NCBI GenBank assembly: GCA_964016885.1
Contig: OZ024748.1
Coordinates: forward strand, 1,612,001 to 1,676,000
From: Eledone cirrhosa
Taxonomy: Eukaryota
Length of the DNA: 64,000 nt
Direction: 5' to 3'
This document shows, piece by piece, positions 15,175 to 28,431 of the stretch. The notes beneath the pieces were generated by a model. That model searched no databases. It saw only the letters and a program-made list of their open reading frames with translations, and had not been told where the DNA came from. The translations under genes and the position numbers were made by a program. The stretch's first letter is position 1, and each line of letters opens with the position of its first letter.

Positions 15175-15352
15175 TCGGACAATACAGCTTTGTGGCAAAG
15201 AGTTACGGCCCTTTACATTCTGAGTTCAAATCCTGCCAAGGTTGGCTTTGCCTTTCATCCTTGAAGTACCAGTCACGCACTGGTGTCGATTAAATCGACT
15301 TTTCCCTTCCTTTCAAATTGCTGGCTTGTGCCTAAAGTAGAAACAATTATTA
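15175..15352 (+). mobile_element. tRNA-derived SINE
   Basis: ctgagttcaaatcc B-box, 'ctttgcctttcatcc' core, 'gtgcctaaagtagaaacaattat' tail. Confidence 0.75.
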
Positions 15353-15354
15353 TT

Positions 15355-16760
15355 ATCACCAACACCACCACCATTAACACCACCACCACCAACACCATCA
15401 CCACCACCATTAACACCACCTCCACCATCACCAACACCTCCATCACAACCACCACCACCATTAACACCACCACCACCAACACCAACACCTCCATCACAAC
15501 CACCACCACCATTAACACCACCACCACCAACACCATCACCACCACCATTAACACCACCACCACCATCACCAACACCTCCATCACAACCACCACCACCATC
15601 ACCAACACCACCACCACCATTAACACCACCACCACCACGATGACCACCACCACCACCATCACCAATACCACCACCACCACCACCACGATGACCACCACCA
15701 TTACAGTTGTTACCTATCCTGTAGACACACTCACACAAACACACGCACCACCATCACTATCAGCAATGACAGAAGCCAACTACACCCCCACCACCACTAT
15801 CATTGCAATCAACTCCACCACCATAAATACTGTCATCATCAACACTACCACCACCATCAACACCTACTTCCATCATCATCATCAATACTACCGCCATCTC
15901 CACCATTACCATCACTACCGCCATCTCCACCATCACCATCACTACCGCCACCTCCACCACCATCAACACCTCCATCTCCACCATCCTCAACACTACCGCC
16001 ACCTCCACCGCCATCAACACTACCGCCATCTCCACCATCCTCGACACCACCTCCACCATCCTCAACACTACCTCCACCTCCATCAACACTACCGCCACCT
16101 CCACCGCCATCAACACTACCGCCATCTCCACCATCCTCGACACCACCTCCACCATCCTCAACACTACCTCCACCTCCATCAACACTACCGCCACCTTCAC
16201 CATCCTCAACACTACCGCCACCCCCACCATCCTCAACACTACCGCTACCTCCACCATCACCATCGCCACCATCCTCAACACTACCGCCATCTCCACCACC
16301 ATCAACACTACCTCCACCATCGTCAACATCTCTATCACCATCATCACTTGTAGAACAACCACCAGCACTACTTATGCCACACTCTCTAACCCCCCTCTAT
16401 CATCACCACCACCTTCATTACTACTGACAACTCCACCACCACCATCATCACTACTAACAACTCCACCACCACTAACAATTCAACCACCACCATCACCACT
16501 GCTAAAAACTCCACCATCATCATCACTGCTCACCACTACCACCACCCCCATCATCACCACTGCTAAAAACTCCACCATCATCATCACTGCTCACCACTAC
16601 CACCACCCCCATCATCACCACTGCTAAAAACTCCACCACCACCATCATCATCACTGCTCACCACCACCACCACTGCTAAAAACCCCACCACCACCATCAC
16701 TGCTAACGGCTCCACCACCATCAACAACACCCGACAAACTCCATCTTCACCACAACCATC
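15355..16760. repeat. (CAC/CAT/AAC)n trinucleotide-derived low-complexity array
   Basis: Direct inspection; internal higher-order duplications. Confidence 0.9.
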
Positions 16761-17899
16761 AATTCTTTCTGTTGCTCACTTTCTTTATTAGTATTTTTTC
16801 CCTCACATATATATATATTTAAAATAAATTGATATGAATATATATATGAGATTCTCCTGATCTGGCAATATCTATCTAGTTTGTGACTGGGACTCTTATA
16901 GCAATGGAGAAATTATTTTGGTGGGGTGGTTCATTGTATTGTATTTGTTTGCTTTGTTTATTTGTTGGTTTGTTGGTTCTTTATTACAGTCTCTCTCTCT
17001 CTCTTTCTCAGTCTCTCTCTCTGTCTGCTGCTTAGCTTCGCTGTGTGACATGCAAAGCTCACAGCAGACAACATCATACACAGTAGTGATTCCTTCTGTA
17101 CACCAAGTTTAATCTCTATTCCGCTGTACTTGCATTGCGTTAGTGTCGGTGCTGTGTTATGTGCATGGCTTATGTATGCATACCTTAACTGTCCTGAGAA
17201 GATGGAGTGCAGATCACTTGGAACGTGGCGGTGGAAAGCGCAGATATTCGAGCTATTTAAATATGAAGTATGTTACTGTTTGTCACCCTTTTTTTTTCTT
17301 TCTTATCTTCCTCTTTATCTCCCTCTCTTGCTATCTATCTCTCTTCCTCTTTATCTCCCTGACTCTCTGTCACTCCCTTTCTCTCTATCACTCAGTCTCT
17401 CTCCCTCTCTCTGTCACTCTTTCTTCTTATTTCCCTATCTCTCTTTCTCCCTGTCTCTCTCTTTTCCTTCTTTGTTACAAAGAATTAATTTGATTAGTTT
17501 TCATTAAGCTGATTAATTAATATTTTTGTTGTTGTTGTTGGAGGATTTATGTTTATATCTGTTCATGTCACCCCACACCACCATGAGGACCTATTTTGGA
17601 GTGTCCTGTCACTTCATCAGTCTGTGATCCTGCAGAGTCAAAGAGCTGCACTTCCCTACCTCAGGGAATATCTGCCCACCACCACCACCACCACTACTAC
17701 TACTACCACCAATACTTCCACCACTACCACCAACACTTCCACTACCACAACCACCAAGCTTCTCAACCCTATTGACTTTTGAGAGGAGCTCCCATTACTT
17801 GGGGCTGTCCCCTGAAATCAGTGTTGTTAAGCATTATAGAATTTGTCTCTCTGAGGTCCTGCATACACCTCTACACACACACACATCGCCACATGCATA

Positions 17900-18485
17900 C
17901 ACCTACATACACATACACACCTTCTCACACACCACATACATATATCTCCATACACACATCCCACACACCACACCACATATATCTCCATACACACATCCCA
18001 CACACCACATATATCTCCATACACACCTTCTCACACACCACATACATATATCTCCATACACACATCCCACACACCACATATATCTCCATACACACATCCC
18101 ACACACCACATACATATATCTCCATACACACATCCCACACACCACACCACATATATCTCCATACACACATCCCACACACCACATACATATATCTCCATAC
18201 ACACATCCCACACACCACATATATCTCCATACACACATCCCACACACCACATACATATATCTCCATACACACATCCCACACACCACATATATCTCCATAC
18301 ACACATCCCACACACCACATACATATATCTCCATACACACATCCCATACACCACATATATCTCCATACACACATCCCACACACCACATACATCTCCATAC
18401 ACACATCCCACACACCACATACATATATCTCCATACACACATCCCACACACCACATACATATATCTCCATACACACATCCCACAC
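17900..18485. repeat. ~33-38-bp minisatellite atatctccatacacacatcccacacaccac
   Basis: Direct inspection. Confidence 0.95.
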
Positions 18486-18569
18486 TCACTTGGAGTAAAC
18501 TTCAGCCAAATATTATCTCTGTACTTTTATTAATCTCACCAACTATCATCTTCCTTTTGAATGGTTTGA

Positions 18570-19332
18570 TGGTGGTGGTACTGGTGGTGGTGGTGGTGGT
18601 GGTACTGGTGGTACTGGTGGTGGTGGTGCTGGTGGTACTGGTGGTGGTGGTGGTGGTGGTGCTGGTACTGGTGGTGGTGGTGGTGGTGGTGGTACTGGTG
18701 GTGGTGGTGGTGGTACTGGTGGTGCTGGTGGTGGTGGTACTGGTGGTGATGGTTTTGGTTTGGATATGATGGTGATGGTGGTTGTGGTGGTGGTGTGTTT
18801 TGGGGGTTGGATGCAATGATGATGGTGGTTTTATGAGTCGGATGTTGATGATGATGATGATGATGTTGGTGGTTCTGTGTTGGATGCAGTGGTGATGATG
18901 ATGGTGGTGTTGGTGGTTCTGTGTGTTGGATGCAGTGGTGATGATGGTGTTGGTGGTTCTGTGTTGGATGCAGTGGTGATGATGGTGTTGGTGGTTCTGT
19001 GTGCTGGATGCAGTGGTGATGATGGTGTTGGTGGTTCTGTGTTGGATGCAGTGGTGATGATGGTGTTGGTGGTTCTGTGTGTTGGATGCAGTGGTGATGA
19101 TGGTGTTGGTGGTTCTGTGTGTTGGATGCAGTGGTGATGATGGTGTTGGTGGTTCTGTGTTGGATGCAGTGGTGATGATGGTGTTGGTGGTTCTGTGTGT
19201 TGGATGCAGTGGTGATGATGGTGTTGGTGGTTCTGTGTTGGATGCAGTGGTGATGATGGTGTTGGTGGTTCTGTGTTGGATGCAGTGGTGATGATGGTGT
19301 TGGTGGTTCTGTGTGCTGGATGCAGTGGTGAT
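18570..19332. repeat. (GGT)n tract followed by 38-40-bp minisatellite gttggtggttctgtgttggatgcagtggtgatgatggt
   Basis: Direct inspection. Confidence 0.93.
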
Positions 19333-19669
19333 ACAAGTAATTTAACCTGGTTGTGTTCAACAGATTCTAATAATAAGACTGTGTTTTGTAGGAATGTATA
19401 TATATTTTCTCATATTCTTAGGTTCTACTACTCACCTGCTGCAGGTAAACTCTAACAATCAACAAAAAAACAACCACAAAAATCAAGCAAACAAACAAAC
19501 AAACAAAAACACTTCTTCCTGTAAAGAAAAACTACCTTCTTTCAATATTTTATTTAGTTCACTAAAACACAGAATATACCAAAAAAATTATTTCAGTGTG
19601 TTTTTCTTTTTCTTTTGAAATGTCTTCAAAATATTCTGTGTAACAGTTGCTATTGACATATGTCATAAT

Positions 19670-20400
19670 AATGGTTCCTGATTTAGGCACAAGGCCAACA
19701 ATTTGGGGAGAAGGGAAAATCGATTAAATCGACCGCAGTGCATTACTGGTACTTTATTTTATTGACCCCATAAGGATGAAAGGTGAAGCTAACCTCGGTG
19801 GGATGTTCTACCAATACTGCTATGACCAGTAGACTTGTTATTAAAGAATATTTTATTACAGTTGTGACCATACATTTTTACCTGAGTAAATGAAGTGGAA
19901 TATTTGTTTGATCGATTATTAATTAGCTTTGTGGTCTCCTCCTACTATTGGTCCTGTGATAAGTTCTTATTATTCAGTAATGGACGATTGGTAGAATATT
20001 TAAAATGCTGGACAAGATACTTGGTAGTATATGGTTACACTCTTTTACAATCCGAGTTCAAAACCTGCCGAGGTTAACTTTGCCTTTTATCCTTATGTGG
20101 TTGATAAAATAAAGCACCAGTAATTCACTGGGGTCGATTTAATTGACTTTTCACTCCCACAAAATTGTTAGCCTTGTGCCTAAATCAGAAAGCACCATTA
20201 TTATTATGACAGTATCCATTGGACCACATGTTTTGTGGCACAGTTATAGCTCTTTACATTCAGTTCAAATCCTGCTGAGATTAGCTTTGTCTTTCATCCT
20301 TACAGTGTCAATAAAATATAGTACCAGTAATAAACTGGGGGTCGATTTAATCGACTTTCCCCTCTCCTCAAAATTGCTGACCTTGTGCCTAAATCAGTAA
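19670..20400. mobile_element. Cluster of three SINE copies (one -, two +)
   Basis: Central domain and tail of the major SINE family at ~19670-19820 (-), ~19985-20195 (+), ~20230-20400 (+). Confidence 0.75.
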
Positions 20401-20627
20401 CCATTATTAGCATGAAATGTTGTTTAGTCTCAGGTCGGCTCTGATTGAGCAGACCTATGATAAAAAACTGTGACCATCCAATCTTTTTTTGCGTAAGGAA
20501 CCCAAGACCACATTAGGTAACATGTCCTATTCTAATTAAGTAGGGGATGGTTTGAGAGAGGTTTGGCTGCTATTTCTAGGTGTTTGACTTGGTATGTATG
20601 GTCCCGTAACTCTTGAAGTGTTATCTA

Positions 20628-21559
20628 TCTATATATATAAAACTGTGGTTGTCTGTCTGTCTATCGATTTTTGGCACACATCTCCTCTTAGAATCTCTGA
20701 CGGAATTGCACCGAAATTGCTATACTTGTACATTGAGCCCTAGCGAAGACATCGGAAAAAAAATATTTCAAATTGACCCACCCTATGTGACGAAATCGAA
20801 TATAATGTATCGATTTTTGAGCGTAAGTTATCAGTTACTTCCCTTTGTTCTGTTTACATTGAGCGTCTTGCGTAAAAAATTACGCTGGCTTTCTCAGCGT
20901 TTAAAATGACATTAACACAATACACAAACAGTTGTCGAGCCAGCAAAATATTGACCTGCAAAATTCATCAGTTCGAACACTAAGCTTCCGTTTTGCTTCA
21001 TTTCCATTTAAAAGCATTTTAAAACAATATTTTTACTTGAAAACAAGTCTATTTAAAGACTACGTAAAACAAGCAAATATTTCGTCGTTAGGCGTGCAGA
21101 CAGACAGTCGTGCAGAGAGGTGATATACGCGTGCAGACAGACAGTCGTGCAGAGAGGTGATATAGGCGTGCAGACAGACAGTCGTGCAGAGAGGTGATAT
21201 AGGCGTGCAGACAGACAGTCGTGCAGAGAGGTGATATAGGCGTGCAGACAGACATAACTGATAATTTGGTTACGCTAATGTTTTTCTCTGCGTTGCAGTG
21301 TTTACATTTTCGATCTTTGTTAATAAATAACCAGTGCAGTTTCTATCCCCAGCATCCTCTTTTGTTATAACATTCGGGTTATCGTTATGTTTTCTTAACT
21401 TCATAAGGCATATTGTTGGTTGAGGGAATATTAATCAAAAACACCACATGCAAGTCTGCACAGTAGACACTACAGTTTTTAAGCCAAGAAAGAAACTTAA
21501 CATTGTAACTTTAACACAGCTACTGAGCGACCCCGAGCAACGCCGGGCTTTACTGCTAG
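20628..21559 (+). mobile_element. Non-autonomous Helitron
   Basis: 5' A|TCTATATATATAAAA, subterminal GC hairpin CCCGAGCAACGCCGGG (21532-21547), 3' CTAG|T; inserted between A and T with no TSD, matching the Helitron end signature. Confidence 0.8.
21091..21253. repeat. 37-bp tandem repeat (~4.4 copies) inside the Helitron
   Basis: Unit ggcgtgcagacagacagtcgtgcagagaggtgatata. Confidence 0.95.
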
Positions 21560-22249
21560 TATATATATAATATTAAAGCAACAACAGGAGGCCGGACTGG
21601 AAAATCTACTGAAGAATTTTAACTCTGTGTAAGCACTATACATATTTCGATGGCCCAGCCCTGTCATCTGATTATTATGCAAAGCTAGACAATTTCATCA
21701 GGTGTTATTTGCATAATTATATAACAGGATTATGTAGAACCCAAACAGAGAATGGAAGATAGAATAAATAAATAAATAAATATATAAGTGAAAGCAACTG
21801 GTGCATGTTTCTTATTGGCAACATGACCCTCCCAAAGTATAACAATATTGGTTTCAACACACGTTTTCAGATAAAGAATCTTGCTAAACAAATTCAGAAA
21901 CGAAATAAATATATATATATATATCATCATCATCACCATTTTACGTCCGTTCTTCCACGCTAGCATGGGTTAGACGGGTTGTCCTGTTGTGGCAGTGTCT
22001 GGTCGGCTGACCTTGTCTTGCTCATATGGGAACTGATTCTGGCTTTATTTCTACAGCTGGATGCCCTTCCTAACACCAACCTCATTTACAGTGAGTGCTG
22101 GGTGCTTTTTCGTGGCGCCTACACGTCCACTTTACAGTGTGGGCTGGGTGCTTTTTTGCCGTAGCACCTCCACGACCACCTTGCAGTGGGAGAGTGTGGG
22201 GGGCATATTGTCTATATGCTTCAGCTTTGGCTTGTACCCGTGGGGGGGT

Positions 22250-24057
22250 CGGGTCTTCTGTATTACTGCGTGACGCCAGAAGTCATGGTCTTTGTAATTG
22301 GGTAAGGTCGGCTTTTATCACCTCATCCCAGGTCTTCTTGGGTCTCCCCACTCAGCGGTTTCCATCGACTTCTACTGCTCTGCACCTTTTTATGCTGCTG
22401 TCATACTTCATACACATAACATGTCCATACCAACGCAACCGCCCCTCCTGCACACAGCATTTGATTCCTCTTATGCTCAGTCTCTCTCTCAATTCATTTA
22501 TGCTTTGCCGTTCGCGTATATTACTATTACACATCCATCGGAGCATGCAGGCTTTATTTATTTCTAATCTACGCAAGTCTTCCACAGACAACGCCCAGGT
22601 CTCACTACCATGTAACATTGCTGTTCGTATACACGCATCATACAGTCTGCTTTTCATTTTGAGGGAAAAGCCTTTTGCAGCTAGCAGCGGCAGTAGCTCC
22701 CTGAACTTCTTCCATCCCGTTTTTACCCTAGTTATTGTACTTTCTGAACACCCACCTCCGCTGCTAATTCGGTCACCTAGGTAGCAGAAGCTGTCTACTG
22801 TTTCTACAGAGCCCTCCCAGAGATTGGTGGTACTTGTTTCCTGTGGCTGTTTGCTGTCCCAGCACAGCTGCTACATGTGAAGCCTACATTCTTAATTAAG
22901 CTTCCTGAGATTCCGCTACATCTCTTGTGTACCCATTGTTTGCATTTGGGGCAGAGAATGGAGTTCCTACCTACACCTTTCCTACATACTGAGCAAGGCC
23001 ATTTCCCTGAGGAGATCTGGGTTCTGTTTTCTCGTCTACTTACAAGGACCTTAGTATTTGTCAGGTTGACTTTGAGACCCTTTCTTTCTAGTCACTGCTT
23101 CCAAGTTTGGAATTTCTTCTCTAGTTCTACCATAGATTCAGCTATAAGTGCAAGGTCATCTGCATACAGGAGTTCCCATGGGCATCCGGTCTTAAACTCC
23201 TCCATTATTGCCTGCAGGACTAAGAACAGAGCCCTGGTGGACACCGACCTGTACGCTAAATTCCTCGCTATACTCATTGCTAATCCTAACTTTGCTGACT
23301 GCTCCCCTATGTACAGCTTTCACAAGCCATTCATCTACTCCTAGTTTTCTAAGAGCCAACCAGATTATAGTACGGGGAACTCTGTCAAAGGCTTTCTCCA
23401 GATCGACGAATGTCAGGTAGAGTGGCTTACTTTTAGCTAGGTACTTTTCTTGTAACTGCCTCACAAGGAAGAGGGCATCAGTGGTGCCTCTTCCTGGCAC
23501 AAACCCAAATTGCATCTCATCTAGTTTCACCCGGTCCCTAATCAACTGTGCTATAACTCTTTCTGTTACTGTCATGACCTGATCTATCAGCTTTATACCT
23601 CTATAGGTTCCTCTATCTACCTTTGTAGCAGTTGACAATGATGCTACTGCACCAATCCTTTAGTATGACATCTAGTATTACCTGGTTAACAATGTGGTTA
23701 CTGACCCAGATGCCTTCAACATCTTGGCAGCTATACCCGATGGACCGGTTGCCTTCCTTGTCTTCATATCTTTGATTGCCTTACTTACTACGCTGCTGCT
23801 GACTTGTACTGCTGGCCCCTCTATAGGGTCTCTTCTTCCCATGCATTCTCCTCATTTAGTAATCTATCATAATGGCTGTTCCACGCATCTTTCTTAGCAC
23901 TTGTGAGGGCAAGTTCACCTTTATCATTCCGGATACACTTCTCTCTGACACACTGCCTCGCAATCTTGAACACCACCTGTTTCTGGTGAACACCACCTGC
24001 TTCCTCACGTTGCAAAACATGCTTGAATTTTCTATCCTCTGCTTCCCTCCTAGCTAA
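22250..24057 (-). mobile_element. 5'-truncated, frameshifted RTE-clade LINE (reverse transcriptase region)
   Basis: Minus-strand ORF pieces: YRGIKL...QFGFVPGRGTTDA...FVDLEKAFDRVPR, GVHQGSVLSP, LLYADDLAL, RTAMLHGSETW, RLRWYGHV; multiple stops and frameshifts. Confidence 0.93.
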
Positions 24058-24244
24058 GTATACATTTTTGGGGGACACCCTGTATATAGTATTTATATTA
24101 ACAGTTTGATTTAACTCCATATTAGCAGCAGTTTCAAGATGTAATCATGTCAGTGTTGTCAGTTACATTGGAGAAAAGTTTCCTCCCAATATATAAAGAC
24201 GTATTTTCATTTTGAAACTGCTGGTAATGCATATATATATATCA

Positions 24245-24390
24245 TACGTCCGCTTTTCCCTGCTTGCTAGGGTGGGATGGGTCTTATTCAGCACAGCATC
24301 TTTCCACTTGTCACGGTCCTTCGTCATCTCCACCGTGAGCTTCAGCGATCTGAGGTCTGTTCTCACCACCTCCGCCCATGTTTTTTCTGT
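24245..24390 (-). mobile_element. RTE LINE 3'-end fragment
   Basis: KTWAEVVRTDLRSLKLTVEMTKDRDKWKDAV followed by the tail 'gcaagcagggaaaagcggacgta' shared with many short repeats here. Confidence 0.75.
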
Positions 24391-24604
24391 TGTTTTGGTC
24401 TCTCTCTCTCTCTTTTCTCTCTCTTTTTCTCTCTCTCCTTTTTCTTTTTCTTTCTCTGTAACCCAACGGCTTATTTTAAAAATAAAAATATCCAATACTA
24501 ATAATAATATAAGTAAACAACTCCACTATCCGGGAGCTTCCAACAGTAATGGTTGCATATTTTAAGGGTATGTCAATATTTATTTATAAAACTGATCTAT
24601 ATTA

Positions 24605-24663
24605 TATTTTGTCTGATGAAAGCACACCATAATTTAACTTGGTGTCCTTGAAATATGTATAAT
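24605..24663 (+). ncRNA. Hammerhead ribozyme motif (type I), 3' stem I truncated by a SINE
   Basis: CTGATGA (24613-19), stem II AAGCACACCA/TGGTGTCCTT, GAAA-TATGTAT-A; same element family as 43781 with shared upstream flank; the stem I 3' strand is replaced by a SINE tail. Confidence 0.6.
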
Positions 24664-25855
24664 TGTTTCTACATTAGGCACAAGGCCAGCAATTACCCAG
24701 TGCATTACTGGTACTTTATTTAATTCCATATATATATATATATGCATGACAGGCCTCTACAGTTTCTATAAAACTTTACTAATATGCTATTGGTCTTCTT
24801 CTTTCTTGCATATGAGACTGTTGTTGTCTCAGATTGTCATTCGCCTGATCAAGATCAAAGATCAGAGATCAGTTTCCAGGGCCCACCACGAGGAGGTCGA
24901 CAACTTGAGCCCCAATACTATAGGTCAACGAAAGACTATGTTAGAAGATACTTGTCCAAAATGCGACATACAGGTATTCAAGCTAGAACTACATGGTTAT
25001 GAATCCAAGCTACTTAATTACATAACCATTGCTGGTCTCATGTTTTTACAACCTTCCTTGGTTCAAGTCTTTCTATCTGCTCGGTGTAATAAATATATTG
25101 ATCATGCTGTGATTGCTGCCAGTAAAGCTTTTAACTCTTATCTAATATCATCAGTGTTATTTCATATGTCTATCTCTGTTATGATTTATTACTACAGAAG
25201 TGTTCACTGATTGTGGCAGCTGAGGAAATTGAAACAATCAGTCTCTCTGAAATGTGGAAATAGTCATTAGCAATAAATAGCAATCAACTACCTGGACTTT
25301 GATGAGAAGGATTTGCAATAAGTTATGCCTGGTAAAGCCTAATTTGAGTTCTCATATAAAATTGTTAGATGGTTTTAATTTAAATAGAAAGCCTTTAAAA
25401 TGAATGTTTTTGTTCCATAGAAGCAGGGTCAGTTTTGGGCTGGTTGGTATCAGGAGAGGTAACTAATTAACATTTACATTACTCTATATATACAATTGTA
25501 TTTTTGTGGTAAAGGGTTTACTTCACATAATATTGAATCTATGAGAACAATACCTTAATATAAGTATGAGCAGCAAGTTACAGGCAGTTTGAATAGAAAG
25601 AGATGAGAAAATTCTGGCCAGATATGGCCAGTTTAAATGCTAAAGGGTTAAATAGATTAACCATTTTTCATTTCCCAGCCAGCTGCGCTATCGTTTGGTT
25701 GGTATATTTCCTATTTGTCCTCACTTTGGTACTGTAGAATAGAAAAGGAAAAAAAAATATTGTAAGAAATCTCCATGAACCTTGAAGAATTAATACATTT
25801 ATAATTGATAATTTTAGTAAATTCATCGAAATTCTTTAATTAATTAATCAAAAGA

Positions 25856-26105
25856 GAATGTGGTTAGAATGTCTCTGGAAAGAATTGCCGGACAGTTTTT
25901 ACGGGCAAAACCAACTGGCAGGAGATCCAGGGGTAGACCCTGAGCAAAATGGTTGGATAACATCCATGAGCTTGGCTGGTCTCGCTTGGGGATCTAGCTG
26001 GATCAGTTGGAGATGGTGGCTTCCTTTTGACAGGACCTGCTGGAGGGAGTGTATCAGGACTCTTCCCCTACAACCCTCTCAGGAATAAGTGGGTGAAGAA
26101 GAAAA
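25856..26105 (+). mobile_element. RTE LINE 3'-end fragment
   Basis: Translates to ...AKPTGRRSRGRP*AKWLDNI...DRTCWRECIRTLPLQPSQE*, the typical RTE C-terminal RGRP/W motif, then a (GAA)-rich tail. Confidence 0.75.
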
Positions 26106-26344
26106 GAATGTATTTCATTAGAATTACAGTCACGAAAGAGTTAAATGTTCCCCTTAACTTCGGGTTTTTTTAAAATTATAATTGAAAATATTTTGTAGAA
26201 ATCCAGAATTGCTGAGTAGGGTTAACTTACTTCAGCCTGGAAATCACTGGTGTAGGTGGCATTCCAAGAACATTTGCTAGTTATTCCCAATAACGAGACA
26301 AACTGAAGAACAAAGAATTAAGTCTCATGGCTTCACACACTAAA

Positions 26345-26597
26345 TTCTTCTTCTCTTTGCTCACTTATTCCTGAAGGGACCATGGGGGAAGAGTCCTCAA
26401 ACACTCCCTCCAATGGGTCCTGTCAGAAGCAACTCTCTTCATCTGATCTGGCTGGATCCCAAAATGTAACCAATCAAGCTCATGTATGTTATCCAACCAT
26501 CTTGCTCAGGGTCTAGCTCTGGGTCTCCTACCTGTTGGCTTTCGCCCGTAAAATCTGTCCAGCGATTCTTTCCTGAGACATTCTAACTACATGCCCT
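26345..26597 (-). mobile_element. RTE LINE 3'-end fragment, inverted relative to 25856-26105
   Basis: Reverse complement aligns by eye with the + copy (ttttacgggc..gccaac..gagacccag..tagaccctgagcaa..tggttggataacat..). Confidence 0.75.
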
Positions 26598-27090
26598 TTG
26601 TATTGGAGCTGTGATCTCTAAATTCTACATTTATTTAATTATTTATTTCATACTATCTCTTCTTATTCCTGAGTGGGTCAGAGGCGTCAGACACACCTTT
26701 CAGAAGGTTCTATCAGAAGCAACATACAGTATGTTATATATATCTATATTGTAGTTATATATATCTATATTGTAGTTATATATATTATATATCTCTCTTA
26801 TTATAGTTATGTATGTTAACATACTTTTTTTACTTAAAAGCCTTGTAGTGTTTGTTGTTGACCTTTACATTCTGAGTTCAAATCCCTCTGAGGTCAACTT
26901 TGCCTTTCATCCTTCCAAGTGCGTGTGTATGTGTGTTGGGGATGATAAATGTTTGTATGGGTTATTTGTGTGTATAAATGGTTGTATAGTGTGTTATGTG
27001 CATATGTGTGTGTGGTGTATTTGTGTGTATGTATATATGTGTTTGGGGTTTTTCTATGTATATATTTTGTGTATGGGAAGTGTATTCATG

Positions 27091-27275
27091 TATGTGTTTG
27101 AGGTATTTGTGTGTATACATGTGTGTGACTGTGTATATGTGTTTGAGGTATTTGTGTGTATACATGTGTGTGACTGTGTATATGTGTTTGAGGTATTTGT
27201 GTGTATACATGTGTGTGACTGTGTATATGTGTTTGAGGTATTTGTGTGTATACACGCGTGTGACTGTGTGTATAT
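27091..27275. repeat. 45-bp tandem repeat x4
   Basis: tatgtgtttgaggtatttgtgtgtatacatgtgtgtgactgtgta. Confidence 0.9.
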
Positions 27276-27409
27276 ATGGTTCAACTGAAAGTGTGTATAT
27301 TGTACATGTACAATACAATCTATATATATCGCCATAATATATTATTCATGGTTTAGTCAGACAGCCTCACTGATCAAATAAAACCTATGATCAGAAGTGT
27401 TCTAGCCAT

Positions 27410-27790
27410 TTTTTAGGTATAGTGTAGTTAGGACTACATTATTCAATGTTGCCTCCCACATTGTTTTAGGTATAGTGTAGTTAGGACTACATTATTCAAT
27501 GTTGCCTCCCATATTGTTTTAGGTATAGTGTAGCTAGGACTATATTATTTAATGTGTCACACCCACGTTTTAGGTATAGTGTATCTAGGACTACATTATC
27601 CAATGTGTCACTCACACTCTTTATTATATATAGTGTACCTAGGACTGTAGTATACAATGTGTTACCCCTACGTTTCTTTTTAGGTATAGTGTATCTAGGG
27701 CTACATTATCCAATGTGCCACCTACATATTGTTTTAGGTAGTGTATCTTGGACTACATTATCCAATGTGTGTCACCACACATAGTTTTAA
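27410..27790. repeat. ~55-bp degenerate tandem repeat (~7 copies)
   Basis: ttttaggtatagtgta..taggactacattat.caatgt units. Confidence 0.85.
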
Positions 27791-28431
27791 GTTTCGTGTA
27801 TCATCATCATCGTTTTAATGTTGACTTTTTCATGCTGGCATGGGTTGGGTAGAACTTTGAGGCAATGTTTTACAGCTGGGTGCCCTTACTAACCCTTTCT
27901 CAAATGCAGAGATACGGTGTACATATTCTAAACCAATATGCATAAGTGTGTCTAGGACTATATTATTCAATGTGTTGCTGCCAATTTAAAAACAAAAACG
28001 ATAGGGTGTGATTTGGCTGCTATTTTTAGCAAGTGGTTGTGTTGTGGTTTCCCCTTACTACTTTATTTTAAAATGTCTAACATGTGTACTGTATTGACCT
28101 GTAAACAGGTTTATTGTTGAACACTGCCTAAACAACACTGTGTACCATATAACCTATATATTATTATTATTAGTTGATGTTGTTATTACTTCGATATATT
28201 GACTAATATCAGGCATTGTTGAGACTCAAACCAGACAATGGTGACTTTATGGTAGCCAGGAGATCTGGATCAACTTCAACTTGAGTCAGAAGTTTTACTG
28301 TTCAAAAACTGGTAACAACAGTTCATTAGTCAGGGTCCTAGAACCCGTTAGCATTTACATTACTATATATATGCTATTATATTTTGGCTGCTTGCATTTG
28401 TAATCATATTCTTTTGGCTTTTACCCAGGAT

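Noticed and set aside
15283-16353. Mucin-like Thr-rich / His-rich protein
   Set aside because: Begins inside a SINE tail with a non-ATG start and runs through trinucleotide repeats; no exon boundaries.
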